From Candidatus Rokubacteria bacterium CSP1-6 (GTDB taxonomy: Bacteria; Methylomirabilota; Methylomirabilia; Rokubacteriales; CSP1-6): 64,000 nt of DNA. Positions 52,282 to 61,566 of the stretch are shown piece after piece (position 1 is the first letter of the stretch; every line of letters begins with the position of its first letter). The stretch spans positions 33,755 through 97,754 of the forward strand of contig LDXP01000003.1 of the NCBI GenBank assembly GCA_001443385.1, in the 5' to 3' direction. Both the position numbers and the translations under genes were made by a program. Below the pieces are notes generated by a model, which did not search any database, was not told the origin of the DNA, and saw only the letters and a program-made list of their open reading frames with translations.

Positions 52282-53403
52282 TTATTTCTGGACCACGGTG
52301 ACCGGCGCCCCGTTGAAGAGCTGCGGGAGGTTGGTGGTGGCCACGGCCTCGCCCGCCTTGACGCCGTGCTGGATCTCGACCCAGCCGCCTTGGCGGGTCC
52401 CGGGCTTCACCAGCCGCTCCTCGGCCTTGCCGTCGGTCACGACGAAGACCTTGGTGATGCCGACGAAGTACGTGACCGCCTCGGCGGGGACGAAGGTCAC
52501 CGTTTCGTCCTTCCGGGTGAGCACGGCGCCCTTGGCGAAGAAGCCGGGGCGGAGGCGGCCGTCGGCGTTGGGCACTCGGGCCTCCAGGGAGAGGCTCCGC
52601 GTCTGGACCTCCACGGCCGGGGCCACGCGCGTGACCTGGCCGGAAAAGGTCTGCCCGGGGTGGGCCTCCACCGTGAGCTCGAGCGCCTGGCCGCCCCGAA
52701 GCTCCGGGGCGTACCGCTCGGACACCGTCCCCGTGTACTTGAGCGGGTCGGCGACGACGAGGGTGAAGAGCGGCGCGCCGTCCTTCACGAACTCGCCGAC
52801 GTTGACGTGGCGCTTGGCGACCGCCCCCGTGATCGGGGCCCGGATCGTCGCGTCCTGGAGCTTCTTCCGGGACATGCCCAGCGCGGCCTCCATCCGCTGG
52901 ATGTCGGCGGCGCTCGACTGCGAGAGGGCCTGGGTGACGCGGTACTGGGTGCGCCACCGGTCGCGCTCCTGGGCGGAGATCAGCTCGCGCCGGTAGAGTT
53001 CCTCGGCCCGCTCGAGGTTGGCCTTGGCCTCGTCCTGCTCGGCTCTCATCCGTGCCTGCGTCTCTAGAGTCATGCGCAGACTTGCTTCCGACTGCTCCAC
53101 CTGGAGCCGGAACTCCCGGGCGTCCACGGTCGCGAGGACCTGGCCGGCTTTCACCCGGTCGCCCAGATCGGCGGAGATCTTGTCCACGGTGCCCGGGACC
53201 TCCGCCTTGACCTGGCTTTCCTCCCAGGCGAGCAGGCTGCCCACGGTCTCGACGCTTCGCTGGACGGCCCGCGTCTCGACCCGCGCCACCGTGACGGGGA
53301 GCGGTTTCCGCTCCGCCGCCTTCTTCGCGGGATCCTGGGCCTGGCCCTGCCCGCACGCCGCCAGCAGGAACGCCAGGAGGAGCGCCGGGGCCGCGCGTCT
53401 CAT
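52282..53403 (-). CDS. RND efflux membrane fusion protein (AcrA family lipoprotein)
   Basis: Lipobox LLAACG, coiled-coil and beta-barrel MFP domains. Confidence 0.85.
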   Translation of the reverse strand: MRRAAPALLLAFLLAACGQGQAQDPAKKAAERKPLPVTVARVETRAVQRSVETVGSLLAWEESQVKAEVPGTVDKISADLGDRVKAGQVLATVDAREFRLQVEQSEASLRMTLETQARMRAEQDEAKANLERAEELYRRELISAQERDRWRTQYRVTQALSQSSAADIQRMEAALGMSRKKLQDATIRAPITGAVAKRHVNVGEFVKDGAPLFTLVVADPLKYTGTVSERYAPELRGGQALELTVEAHPGQTFSGQVTRVAPAVEVQTRSLSLEARVPNADGRLRPGFFAKGAVLTRKDETVTFVPAEAVTYFVGITKVFVVTDGKAEERLVKPGTRQGGWVEIQHGVKAGEAVATTNLPQLFNGAPVTVVQK

Positions 53404-53858
53404 TCCTCGCCCCGCGCGGCGGAGAGGAGGCGCTCCAGGCCGCGGATCACGTCCTTGCGGTCGGCGGGGGTGAGGCGCTGCAGCACCCGGGCGAGCCCTT
53501 CCACCTGGAGCTGCTCCAGCCTCCGGGCGAGGCGCTCGCCCTCGGGCGTGAGGAGAAGCCGGACGTGGCGGTGGTCGCGCGGGTCCTCCCCCCGGCGGAG
53601 GAAGCCCTTGGACTCCAGCCGGTCCGCGACCTGGGAGACGGCGGGGAGCGTGATACCGAAGCTCCGGGCCACGTCGCTCATGAGCGTCCCGCCGTGCTTG
53701 GCGACGTGGAAGAGCACCTGAGCCTGGGAGTAGTTGAGGTCCAGCTCCAGCGCCTGCTTCCAGAGGATCTGGCGGAAGGTGGTGGACAGGAGGTCAGTGA
53801 GCAGCTCCACCAGGTGGCGGCTGGTGTCGGTCAGGTCGTCGTGCACGGGGCCCCCCAA
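53400..53858 (-). CDS. MarR family transcriptional regulator
   Basis: Winged-HTH MarR sequence; overlaps the MFP gene start, so probably the efflux regulator. Confidence 0.8.
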   Translation of the reverse strand: MGGPVHDDLTDTSRHLVELLTDLLSTTFRQILWKQALELDLNYSQAQVLFHVAKHGGTLMSDVARSFGITLPAVSQVADRLESKGFLRRGEDPRDHRHVRLLLTPEGERLARRLEQLQVEGLARVLQRLTPADRKDVIRGLERLLSAARGEE

Positions 53859-53926
53859 GGTTCACGTAGTTAATCATCTTAATCTTTGGCCGTCAAGTCG
53901 TTGAACATGCCGTAAAATATGGGATC

Positions 53927-54424
53927 GTGGCGATCCAGCGGACCCCCATGACCCGGCAGGGCTTCGACCGTCTCAAGGCCGAGCTCGAGCGGCTCCGGCG
54001 GGAGGAGCGTCCCCGGATCACCAAGGCGATCGCCGAAGCGCGGAGCCACGGCGATCTGGCGGAGAACGCCGAGTACCACGCGGCCCGGGAGAAGCAGTCC
54101 TTCATCGAAGGGCGCATCATGGAGCTGCAAGCCAAGGTGGCCCACGCGGAAGTCATCGACCCGCCGACCAACGGCGACCGGGTGACCTTCGGATCCACCG
54201 TTCGCCTCCAGGACGCGGATGGCAAGGAAGTGCGCTACTGGATCGTGGGCTCGGATGAGGCGGAGCCGACGAAGGGCAGGATCTCGATTATGTCGCCCTT
54301 GGCCCGCACGCTGATTGGCAAGGAAGTTGGCCAGGCGGTGACCGCCCAGCTGCCCGGCGGAAAGAAGACCTACGAGATCCTCGCGGTCAACTTCCCCTGG
54401 GGGGAGGGCGCGGGAAAGGGCTAG
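53927..54424 (+). CDS. greA: Transcription elongation factor GreA
   Basis: N-terminal coiled-coil (PMTRQGFDRLKAELERL) and the C-terminal FKBP-like domain. Confidence 0.9.
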   Translation: MAIQRTPMTRQGFDRLKAELERLRREERPRITKAIAEARSHGDLAENAEYHAAREKQSFIEGRIMELQAKVAHAEVIDPPTNGDRVTFGSTVRLQDADGKEVRYWIVGSDEAEPTKGRISIMSPLARTLIGKEVGQAVTAQLPGGKKTYEILAVNFPWGEGAGKG

Positions 54425-54438
54425 CTCCCGGCGCGGTG

Positions 54439-55590
54439 CTAGTTGCGAAGGGCCTCGCGCAGCTCCCGCGTGAGCGTTTCGACCGTTCCCCGCGTGCCGC
54501 CCGCCAGCTTCTGCCGCCACTCGCCCTCCGTCTCGAAGCGGCGGTCGCCCAGCCGGGTTCCCCAGGGTTTGATGGCCTCGCGGATGGCGTGGAGGTCGAA
54601 CGGATCCTTCCGGAGCTCCCGCGCCCGCGCCATCACGTCGGGCGCCACCCGGATGAAGGCCCGGAGCGCCGCGCCCGTTTTGATCGAGTATTTCCGGCCC
54701 GCCCACGCGCTCGGGAAGACGCCGGCCACGGCCTTCGTGTAGTTCAGGAAGAACCGCTTGGCGCCCTGCCGGAGCTCCGAGATCCGGGCGCTGCCGCCGA
54801 CGTTTTCCACCGTCTCCAGGAAGTCCACCATCTCCTCGGCGAGCGGGGCCTGGGAGACCCTCCCCCGCCCGGTGCCGAGCATCTTGATGTCGCCGTGAAG
54901 CGGGGACGTCTCGTCCTCGTTCAGCGAGCGGATGACGTCGTGAGCCAGCGCCTGGTTGGGGTCCGGATAGAGCTTGCGTCCGGCGAGGCTCACGATATGG
55001 GAGGGGTTGAGCCGCGTGTGCTTGGCGTTGATCGTGACGAAGAGCTCCACGGTCTGCCGGGCGTCCAGCGTGTCGAAGAGCACCGCCGGGACCTCGATCC
55101 CCAGGACCTCTCCGGCCTGGGTCAGGGCGTGGAGCGCCAAGAGCCGGTGCTGGCCGTCGAGGACGCGGAGCACCCCGTGCTCCTCGGGGATCTGGAGCAG
55201 CCCGAGGTCGTGGTGGCTCGCCATCGGGGTGAAGGTGAAGCGCTTCTCCGAGGTGATGATGACCGCCCCCGGGATCGCCGGCAGGGTGCCGGCCTCCTTG
55301 CACTCCCGGTAGTAGGTGGCGAGCTCTTCGATCTTCCGGCGGATCACCGGCCGCTGGTAGGCGCCCTCGCTCTCCGCGATTCGCTTTTCCAGCATCTCCC
55401 AGTTGACCCGTGCCCGGGCGGCGCGCTTGGCCTTCGGGGGCTCCTTGGGCAACCCGCCCTCGTAGCCGAGGACCTCGAATTTCACCAGGCGGTCGATGTC
55501 CTTGGCCGAAAACGACGCCTGATAGAACTCGAGCCCGAATTGTTTTACGCGATGGGCAGGAACCGTGATCATGGGTGTTTTCCCGAACAC
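54439..55590 (-). CDS. DGQHR-domain protein, DndB-like (orphan; no dndCDE nearby)
   Basis: Exact motif VLDGQHRLLAL, N-terminal FGLEFYQASFSAKDI region, and ~380 aa, consistent with DndB-family ParB-like-fold proteins. Confidence 0.65.
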   Translation of the reverse strand: MFGKTPMITVPAHRVKQFGLEFYQASFSAKDIDRLVKFEVLGYEGGLPKEPPKAKRAARARVNWEMLEKRIAESEGAYQRPVIRRKIEELATYYRECKEAGTLPAIPGAVIITSEKRFTFTPMASHHDLGLLQIPEEHGVLRVLDGQHRLLALHALTQAGEVLGIEVPAVLFDTLDARQTVELFVTINAKHTRLNPSHIVSLAGRKLYPDPNQALAHDVIRSLNEDETSPLHGDIKMLGTGRGRVSQAPLAEEMVDFLETVENVGGSARISELRQGAKRFFLNYTKAVAGVFPSAWAGRKYSIKTGAALRAFIRVAPDVMARARELRKDPFDLHAIREAIKPWGTRLGDRRFETEGEWRQKLAGGTRGTVETLTRELREALRN

Positions 55591-55680
55591 CCACTTTAGA
55601 CGAAGCCCAAACCCCTGTCAACAGAGGACTTTCCGGCCTCAATCCTGTCTTGACACGATATCTGGGGTTAAATGGTAGAG

Positions 55681-55712
55681 TTATCCACGACATGTGGGGA
55701 TTTTGTGGATAA
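55681..55712. promoter_or_regulatory. Inverted pair of DnaA-box-like nonamers (TTATCCACG ... TGTGGATAA) upstream of the DndB-like gene
   Basis: An 8/9 match and a 9/9 match to the DnaA box in opposite orientation, 16 bp apart, in an AT-richer intergenic region that also holds a consensus TTGACA at 55650-55655. Confidence 0.45.
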
Positions 55713-55823
55713 GCCCAATGAGTCGAACTTCGTTTGAAGCCTAGCGAATGTGAAGGTTTCCGGGGGGTTTGGGGGTAGAATCGAGCGCGGGAGGTTCAAG
55801 ACCGCGCAGATCGGGAGGGAAGG

Positions 55824-56225
55824 ATGACTCGTCTCTGGACGTTCATGACCATCGCGCTGGCGCTGCTGCTCCCCGTCGCCTCCGCTTCGGCCCAGGCGCC
55901 CCCGCACATCCAGGCGGCCCACGAGTTCCTGCTGGGCTGGGGCAAGGCGAACTGGGACGCCGTGAAAGCCCACGCGGCGGACAAGGTGACCGTGAAGGTC
56001 GGCGGCGCCGACTACGCGCTCGACGTGGCAGGGAAGAAGGCCGAGGTCCAGCTGATCTTTCCTTTCCGCGGCCTCGCCGCCGTCCGGGTGGGGGCGAACG
56101 TCAAAGGCGTCACCGTCGAGGAGATCACGGTCAGGGCCGGCGGCGCCGAGCGGAAGGGCAAGGGGACGGTGACGCTCGAGGAGAAAGACGGGAAGTTCAC
56201 CGTGACGAGCGTCGCAGTCGAATAA
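55824..56225 (+). CDS. Secreted hypothetical protein
   Basis: Signal peptide MTRLWTFMTIALALLLPVASASAQA; no recognisable domain. Confidence 0.5.
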   Translation: MTRLWTFMTIALALLLPVASASAQAPPHIQAAHEFLLGWGKANWDAVKAHAADKVTVKVGGADYALDVAGKKAEVQLIFPFRGLAAVRVGANVKGVTVEEITVRAGGAERKGKGTVTLEEKDGKFTVTSVAVE

Positions 56226-56254
56226 GCGCCGCCGCCTCGACGGGCTCTCCCCCG

Positions 56255-57667
56255 CTAGGAGCGTTCCCTCGCCAGCGCCCGCGCGCAGTGCTCGCCTGCG
56301 ATCCTGCCGTAGCCCAGCGCCGTCAGCAGCCCGTTGCCCGAGAGGTAGCCTGCCGGGCCGTGGCCGGAGATCCCGGCGGCGACCCCGCCCCCCGCGTAGA
56401 GGTTGGGAATCGGCGAGCCGTCGGGTGTCACCACCTGCGCGTGCTGATTGACCACGAGCCCTCCCTGGGTGTGGATGAGGGCCGCGGTCACCTGCACGGC
56501 GTAGAGCGGCGGGGACAGCGGCCTTCCTGACGGCCGCCGGCCCACCTCGTCAGGCGCGAGGGTTCGGTTGGCGGCGTTGTAGCTTTCGACAGTTCGCGCC
56601 AGCTCGGCGGCCGGCAGCCCGAACAGGCCGGCCAGCCGGGCGACGGTCGTGGCGCGCTTGACGACGCCCTGCTCCACGCACGCCCTGAAGTCGGGGAACT
56701 GGAGCGCCTGGTCGTAGATCGGCTGGTCGAAGACCTCGACGGCGATTCGATCGGGCTGGCGGGCCAGCGCGACGGCGTGCTCCGAGTACCCCAGGGTCTC
56801 GTCGGCGAAGCGCCGGCCGAGGCGGTTGACCTGGATGCCGCCCTGCATGATGACCGCGTAGGAAACCAGCGTGCCGCCGGGCTGGGCCACCGAGGCGTGG
56901 GCCTGGTAGGCGTCCATGAAGGCGGTGGCCGCGCCGAGCGCCTGGCCCCAGCGGATCCCCTCGCCGGTGGATTCTTCGCCGCCGAAGTAGAGGACGCCCG
57001 CCATCTCCGGGATGTGCTGGGCCACCAGGGGGGGATTCCCGCCGAAGCCGTTGAGCGCCAGGATGACCTTCCGGGCCCGAACGAACTCCACCGCCGCCCC
57101 GCTCTCGACGCTCACGCCGCCGACGGCGCCGCGGTCGGCCACGAGCCCCTGGCCGTTGGCGCCGAGCGCGACCTGGATGTTGGCCTCGCGGTGCACCGCG
57201 TCGCGCAGCATGGCGAAGAGCGCGGCGCCGGTGCGCTCGAGCGGGGCGTGCATGCGGTACTCGGTGTGGCCCGGATACTTGAAGTCGGTCACGAGCTCGA
57301 GCCGCACGCGCGGGCGGTCCACGAGCCAGTGGACCAGCTCTGGGGCCCGGCGACAGAGGGCGAAGGCAAGATCCCGCGGGCTCTGGCCGCCGTTCTTGGC
57401 CAGGATCTCCAGGGCGAAATCTTCGGGGGACTCGGCGATCCCGGCGGCGCGCTGGAAGCGGGTCCCCCCGGCCGGGATCATCCCGCCGCTGCGGGCCGTG
57501 TTGCACGCGCCCTTCCGGTCGCGGTCGATCAGCAGCACCTGGGCGCCGAGCTCCGCCGCCGACAGGGCGGCCACCATGCCGCAGCCGCCGGCGCCGACGA
57601 CCGCAACGTCGGCCTCGTACTCCCAGCTCCTGACCGCCTCCGCCGGGATAATCAGCGCGTCCGTCAT
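56255..57667 (-). CDS. FAD-dependent oxidoreductase (fumarate reductase / tricarballylate dehydrogenase flavoprotein family)
   Basis: N-terminal dinucleotide-binding motif VAVVGAGGCGMVAAL and FAD-binding-2 family sequence. Confidence 0.75.
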   Translation of the reverse strand: MTDALIIPAEAVRSWEYEADVAVVGAGGCGMVAALSAAELGAQVLLIDRDRKGACNTARSGGMIPAGGTRFQRAAGIAESPEDFALEILAKNGGQSPRDLAFALCRRAPELVHWLVDRPRVRLELVTDFKYPGHTEYRMHAPLERTGAALFAMLRDAVHREANIQVALGANGQGLVADRGAVGGVSVESGAAVEFVRARKVILALNGFGGNPPLVAQHIPEMAGVLYFGGEESTGEGIRWGQALGAATAFMDAYQAHASVAQPGGTLVSYAVIMQGGIQVNRLGRRFADETLGYSEHAVALARQPDRIAVEVFDQPIYDQALQFPDFRACVEQGVVKRATTVARLAGLFGLPAAELARTVESYNAANRTLAPDEVGRRPSGRPLSPPLYAVQVTAALIHTQGGLVVNQHAQVVTPDGSPIPNLYAGGGVAAGISGHGPAGYLSGNGLLTALGYGRIAGEHCARALARERS

Positions 57668-57715
57668 GACTCGACCTCGCGCTCGCGCCGGGATGCGATG
57701 GTTATCGGCACGGCG

Positions 57716-58420
57716 TCAGCGACCGAGGTAGGCCTTGAGGGTCTGCTCGCTCTCCAGCAGTTCCTGCCCGGTGCCGGAGAGGACGATCCGCCCGTTCTCG
57801 AGGACGTAGCCCCGCCGGGAGGTCGCGAGGGCCTGGCGGACGTTCTGCTCGACCAGCAGCACCGTCACGCCGCGGGCGTTGATCTCCCGGATGATCCGGA
57901 AAATCTCCTGCACCACCATGGGGGCCAGGCCGAGCGACGGCTCGTCCAGCATCAGGAGGGAGGGCCGGGCCATCAGCGCGCGGGCGATGACGCACATCTG
58001 CTGCTCGCCGCCGGAGAGGCTGCCCGCGCGCTGGGCCGCCCGCTCGCGGAGGATCGGGAACCGGGCCATCACGTCCTCCAGCGTCCGGGCGCGCGCGGGG
58101 CGCGAGCGCCGCGTGTAGGCGCCCAGCTCCAGGTTCTCGCGCACCGTCAGCGAGGGAAAGAGCTTCCGCCCCTCCGGGACCTGGACCACCCCCGCCTCGA
58201 CGATCCGGTCCGGCGGCAGCCGGTCCAGGCGCCGGCCCTCGAAGCGGATCTCGCCGCGCCGGGGACGGAGAAGGCCCGAGACCGTTCGGAGCATGGTGGT
58301 CTTGCCGGCGCCGTTGCCGCCGACGAGGGTCACGATCTCGCCGGACTCGACCCGCAGCGAGACCCCGCGGAGCGCCTGCAGGTCCCCGTAGAAGACGTCC
58401 ACCCCCTCCAGTTCAAGCAT
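57716..58420 (-). CDS. livF: Branched-chain amino acid ABC transporter ATP-binding protein LivF
   Basis: Walker A GGNGAGKTT, signature LSGGEQQM, Walker B LLMLDEP. Confidence 0.88.
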   Translation of the reverse strand: MLELEGVDVFYGDLQALRGVSLRVESGEIVTLVGGNGAGKTTMLRTVSGLLRPRRGEIRFEGRRLDRLPPDRIVEAGVVQVPEGRKLFPSLTVRENLELGAYTRRSRPARARTLEDVMARFPILRERAAQRAGSLSGGEQQMCVIARALMARPSLLMLDEPSLGLAPMVVQEIFRIIREINARGVTVLLVEQNVRQALATSRRGYVLENGRIVLSGTGQELLESEQTLKAYLGR

Positions 58421-58442
58421 GGCTCTGGTATAGTACTAGCCC

Positions 58443-59900
58443 ATGGCGCGGTACGACGCGGCGGTGGTCAACGGCACGGTGGTCATCCCCTATCTCGGGG
58501 CGCTCCGCTGCGACATCGGGATCCGGGGCGGGCGCATCGCCGCCCTGACCGAGGCGATTTCCTCGAGCGAGGCCGAGAGTGTGGTGGACGCGCGGGGGAA
58601 GGTCGTGCTGCCCGGGGCGGTGGACTCGCACTTCCACCTCGGCATCTACCGCGACCTCGCCCAGGACGCCCGCAGCGAGACCGCGTCCGCCCTCGTGGGC
58701 GGGGTGACCACCGTCGTCAGTTATTTCCGGACGGGCCGCCATTATCTCAACAAGAGCGGGCCCTACCGGGAGATCTTTCCCGAGGTCCTCGCGGCGACGG
58801 CGGGTCAGGCCTGGACCGACTACGCCTACCACATCGCCGTCATGACGGCGGACCAGCTCGACGAGGTGGACTGGCTCGTGGGGGAGCAGGGCGTGGGCTC
58901 GTTCAAGTACTACATGTTCTACAAGGGCCTGAACCTCGCCGGCGACTCTACGCGCGGCAGCGACTACACGATGGCCGACACGTACGATCTCGGCCACCTC
59001 TACCTCTTCATGCAGCGCGTCGCGCAGGCTGCGGAGAAGTACGGTCGCCATGGCCGCGTCTCCCTGAGCCTCCACTGCGAGCAGGCGGAGTTGATCCGCG
59101 TCTTCATCGACGAGGTGAAGCGCTCGGGCCTCCAGGGCCTCGAGGCGTACCACCGATCGCGCCCCCCACTGACGGAGCGCCTGTCCATGGCGGAGGCGGT
59201 GGTCTTGGCCGACGCCACCCGCTGCCCACTCAACCTCCTGCACCTGTCGAGCGAGGAGGCCGTCACGAGCGGGGCCCGGGCGCGGCGCGAGTTCCCTCAT
59301 CTGGACATCCGGCTCGAGACGACGCTCCACCACCTGGCCCTCACCTACGCGACGGCCGGCGGTATCCGCGGGAAGGTCAACCCGCCGATCAGGACCGAGG
59401 CTGACCGCGAGGCGCTCTGGCAGGCCGTCCGGGACGGGCGCATTGACACGGTGGTCAGCGATCATGCCTGCTGCTCCGAGGCCGACAAGGAGGGCGACCT
59501 CTGGAAAGCGCTGCCCGGGTTCGGCGGGACCGCCCTCCTCTATCCGTATCTGCTCTCCGAGGGGCACGGCCGGCGCGGCCTCAGCCTGGCCCGCGTGGCC
59601 GAGCTGGCGAGCGCGAACCCGGCGCGCGCCTTCGGGCTCTATCCGACCAAGGGCGCGATCGCCGTCGGCAGCGACGCCGACCTCGCGGTCGTGGATCTGG
59701 AGCGCGAGGTCGCGGTGACGCCCGAGGCGCTCAACTCGGCCCAGGACTTCACCCCGTTTGCCGGGCTCAAGGTTCGCGGCTGGCCGACCCACACGCTGCT
59801 GCGCGGCCGCGTGGGCTGGGAGGGCGGGGCACCCAAGGGCCAGCCGGCCGGCCGGTACGTGAAGCGTCCCGTGGGATTGCACGCCGCTCGGTCCCGCTAA
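58443..59900 (+). CDS. Dihydropyrimidinase / D-hydantoinase family cyclic amidohydrolase
   Basis: Amidohydrolase metal-binding motifs (DSHFHL...) and a hydantoinase-like length of 485 aa. Confidence 0.75.
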   Translation: MARYDAAVVNGTVVIPYLGALRCDIGIRGGRIAALTEAISSSEAESVVDARGKVVLPGAVDSHFHLGIYRDLAQDARSETASALVGGVTTVVSYFRTGRHYLNKSGPYREIFPEVLAATAGQAWTDYAYHIAVMTADQLDEVDWLVGEQGVGSFKYYMFYKGLNLAGDSTRGSDYTMADTYDLGHLYLFMQRVAQAAEKYGRHGRVSLSLHCEQAELIRVFIDEVKRSGLQGLEAYHRSRPPLTERLSMAEAVVLADATRCPLNLLHLSSEEAVTSGARARREFPHLDIRLETTLHHLALTYATAGGIRGKVNPPIRTEADREALWQAVRDGRIDTVVSDHACCSEADKEGDLWKALPGFGGTALLYPYLLSEGHGRRGLSLARVAELASANPARAFGLYPTKGAIAVGSDADLAVVDLEREVAVTPEALNSAQDFTPFAGLKVRGWPTHTLLRGRVGWEGGAPKGQPAGRYVKRPVGLHAARSR

Positions 59901-60622
59901 GCGGCGAGGAAGGGCTCGCCGAGATACGCGCCCACGACCTTGGGGTCCCGGGCCACCTCGGCCGGCGGCCCTTCGGCGATCAGCTCGCCGTGATGCAGCA
60001 CGGCGATCCGGTCCGACAGTTCCATCACGGCGGCCATCACGTGCTCGATGACCAGGATCGCGATCCCGGACTCGCGGATGGCACGGATGATCGCCACGGT
60101 CTCCTCGACCTCCGCCGGGTTCAGCCCCGCCATGACCTCGTCGAGCAGCAGGATGCGCGGCTCGGTCGCCAGGGCCCGCGCGAGCTCGAGCCGCTTGCGT
60201 AACCCGATGGGGAGCACCTGTGCAGCACGATCGGCGACATGCGCCAGGCCGGTGCGCGCCAGCACTTCCAGCGCCTGCCGCCGCGCCCGCCGGCTGTCGC
60301 TGGAGCGGTTGAAGGCGCCGATCATCACGTTGTCCACCACCGAGAGGTGAGGGAAGGGCTGGACGATCTGGAAGGTCCGGGCCAGCCCGAGCCGGCAGAT
60401 CAGGTGGGGCCTGAGCCCCAGGAGCTCGCGGCCGTCCAGGTGGACGCTCCCCGCGTCCGGCCGGAGAAACCCCGAGATCACGGAGAACAGCGTGGTCTTG
60501 CCGGCGCCATTCGGGCCGATCAGGCCCAGGATCTCGGCATCCCCCAGGCGGAGGTCGATTTCCGAGAGCGCCCGAAGCCCGCCGAAGCGCTTGGAGACTC
60601 CCCGGACCTCCAGCGCCGCCAC
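59897..60622 (-). CDS. livG: Branched-chain amino acid ABC transporter ATP-binding protein LivG
   Basis: Walker A GPNGAGKTT, Walker B LLLDEVMAGL; GTG 60622 after GGAGGGG. The longer track ORF is an out-of-frame extension over livM. Confidence 0.85.
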   Translation of the reverse strand: MAALEVRGVSKRFGGLRALSEIDLRLGDAEILGLIGPNGAGKTTLFSVISGFLRPDAGSVHLDGRELLGLRPHLICRLGLARTFQIVQPFPHLSVVDNVMIGAFNRSSDSRRARRQALEVLARTGLAHVADRAAQVLPIGLRKRLELARALATEPRILLLDEVMAGLNPAEVEETVAIIRAIRESGIAILVIEHVMAAVMELSDRIAVLHHGELIAEGPPAEVARDPKVVGAYLGEPFLAA

Positions 60623-60624
60623 GG

Positions 60625-61566
60625 CTAGCCCCTCCTGCCCCGCTGGCGGAGCCACCCCATCACGCCGTGGGGGAGGAACACGACGGCGCCCATCAGGATC
60701 ACCCCGTAAATCATGAGGTGAACGCCCGCGTAGCTCTTCACGAGCCCGCGCGTGCCTTCGCCGAGGCCGCCCAGCAGGAACGAGCCCAGGAGCGGGCCCC
60801 AGACGGTGCCGGCGCCGCCGATGATCGGCCGGAGCAGGATCTCGATGGAGTTGGCGGGGCCGAAGCCGATCGCGGGGTCCACGTAGGAGAAGTACTGGGC
60901 GTAGAAGGAGCCGCCGAGCGCCGTGAGGCCGGCCGAGAGCGCCATCGCGGTGAGCTTCACCTGGTAGGCGTTGACGCCGAGCCCCTCGGCGGCGCTTTCG
61001 TTCTCGCGGATCGCCGCCATCTGGTAGCCGAGCTTGGAGTTCTCCAGCCGGCGGACCCCGTAGCACGCGGCGACCAGCATCACGAGGATGATGTAGTAGA
61101 AGTAGCGCTTGTCGCCGAACTGGAAGAGCGCGGGGGCATGTCCCCGGAGCGGCACGAGGATCCCGAAGGAGCCGCCCACCCAGTCGAGGTTGGTGGCCGC
61201 CACGCGGAAGATCTCGGCGAAGGCCAGCATGATCAGGGCGAAGTAGGCGCCGCGGAGGCCGAAGCGAAAGGAGAGGTGGCCGGTGACGAGCCCGACCAGG
61301 ACCGCCAGCGCGGCCCCGCACCACATCCCCACCCACGGCGTGAGGCCCGCCTTCACGAAGAGCAGGCTCGATGTGTAGGCGCCGATCCCGAAGAAGAGCG
61401 CGTGGCCGAAGGAGAACTGGCCGGCGTAGCCGCCCAGGATGTTCCAGCCCTGGCCCACGAAGGCGAAGAAGTAGATGAGGGTGAGCGTGCCGATCAGGTA
61501 CTCCGAGCGGACCAGGAGCGGGATCACCAGGGCCGCGGCCAGGAGCAGCAGCGGCAGCCTACGCAC
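60625..61566 (-). CDS. livM: Branched-chain amino acid ABC transporter permease LivM
   Basis: Permease TM pattern; GTG 61566 overlaps the livH stop by 8 nt. The N-terminal 61 residues of the track ORF are out-of-frame. Confidence 0.8.
   Translation of the reverse strand: MRRLPLLLLAAALVIPLLVRSEYLIGTLTLIYFFAFVGQGWNILGGYAGQFSFGHALFFGIGAYTSSLLFVKAGLTPWVGMWCGAALAVLVGLVTGHLSFRFGLRGAYFALIMLAFAEIFRVAATNLDWVGGSFGILVPLRGHAPALFQFGDKRYFYYIILVMLVAACYGVRRLENSKLGYQMAAIRENESAAEGLGVNAYQVKLTAMALSAGLTALGGSFYAQYFSYVDPAIGFGPANSIEILLRPIIGGAGTVWGPLLGSFLLGGLGEGTRGLVKSYAGVHLMIYGVILMGAVVFLPHGVMGWLRQRGRRG

Noticed and set aside
48968-53356. 1462-aa ORF reported as a single protein
   Set aside because: Only 48968..52279 is the RND transporter (starts MSFLEVF...). 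Upstream it reads out-of-frame across the acrA-like gene (52282..53403).
53879-55693. 604-aa minus-strand ORF
   Set aside because: Different frame over greA (antisense) and the DndB-like gene; Arg/Pro-rich nonsense translation.
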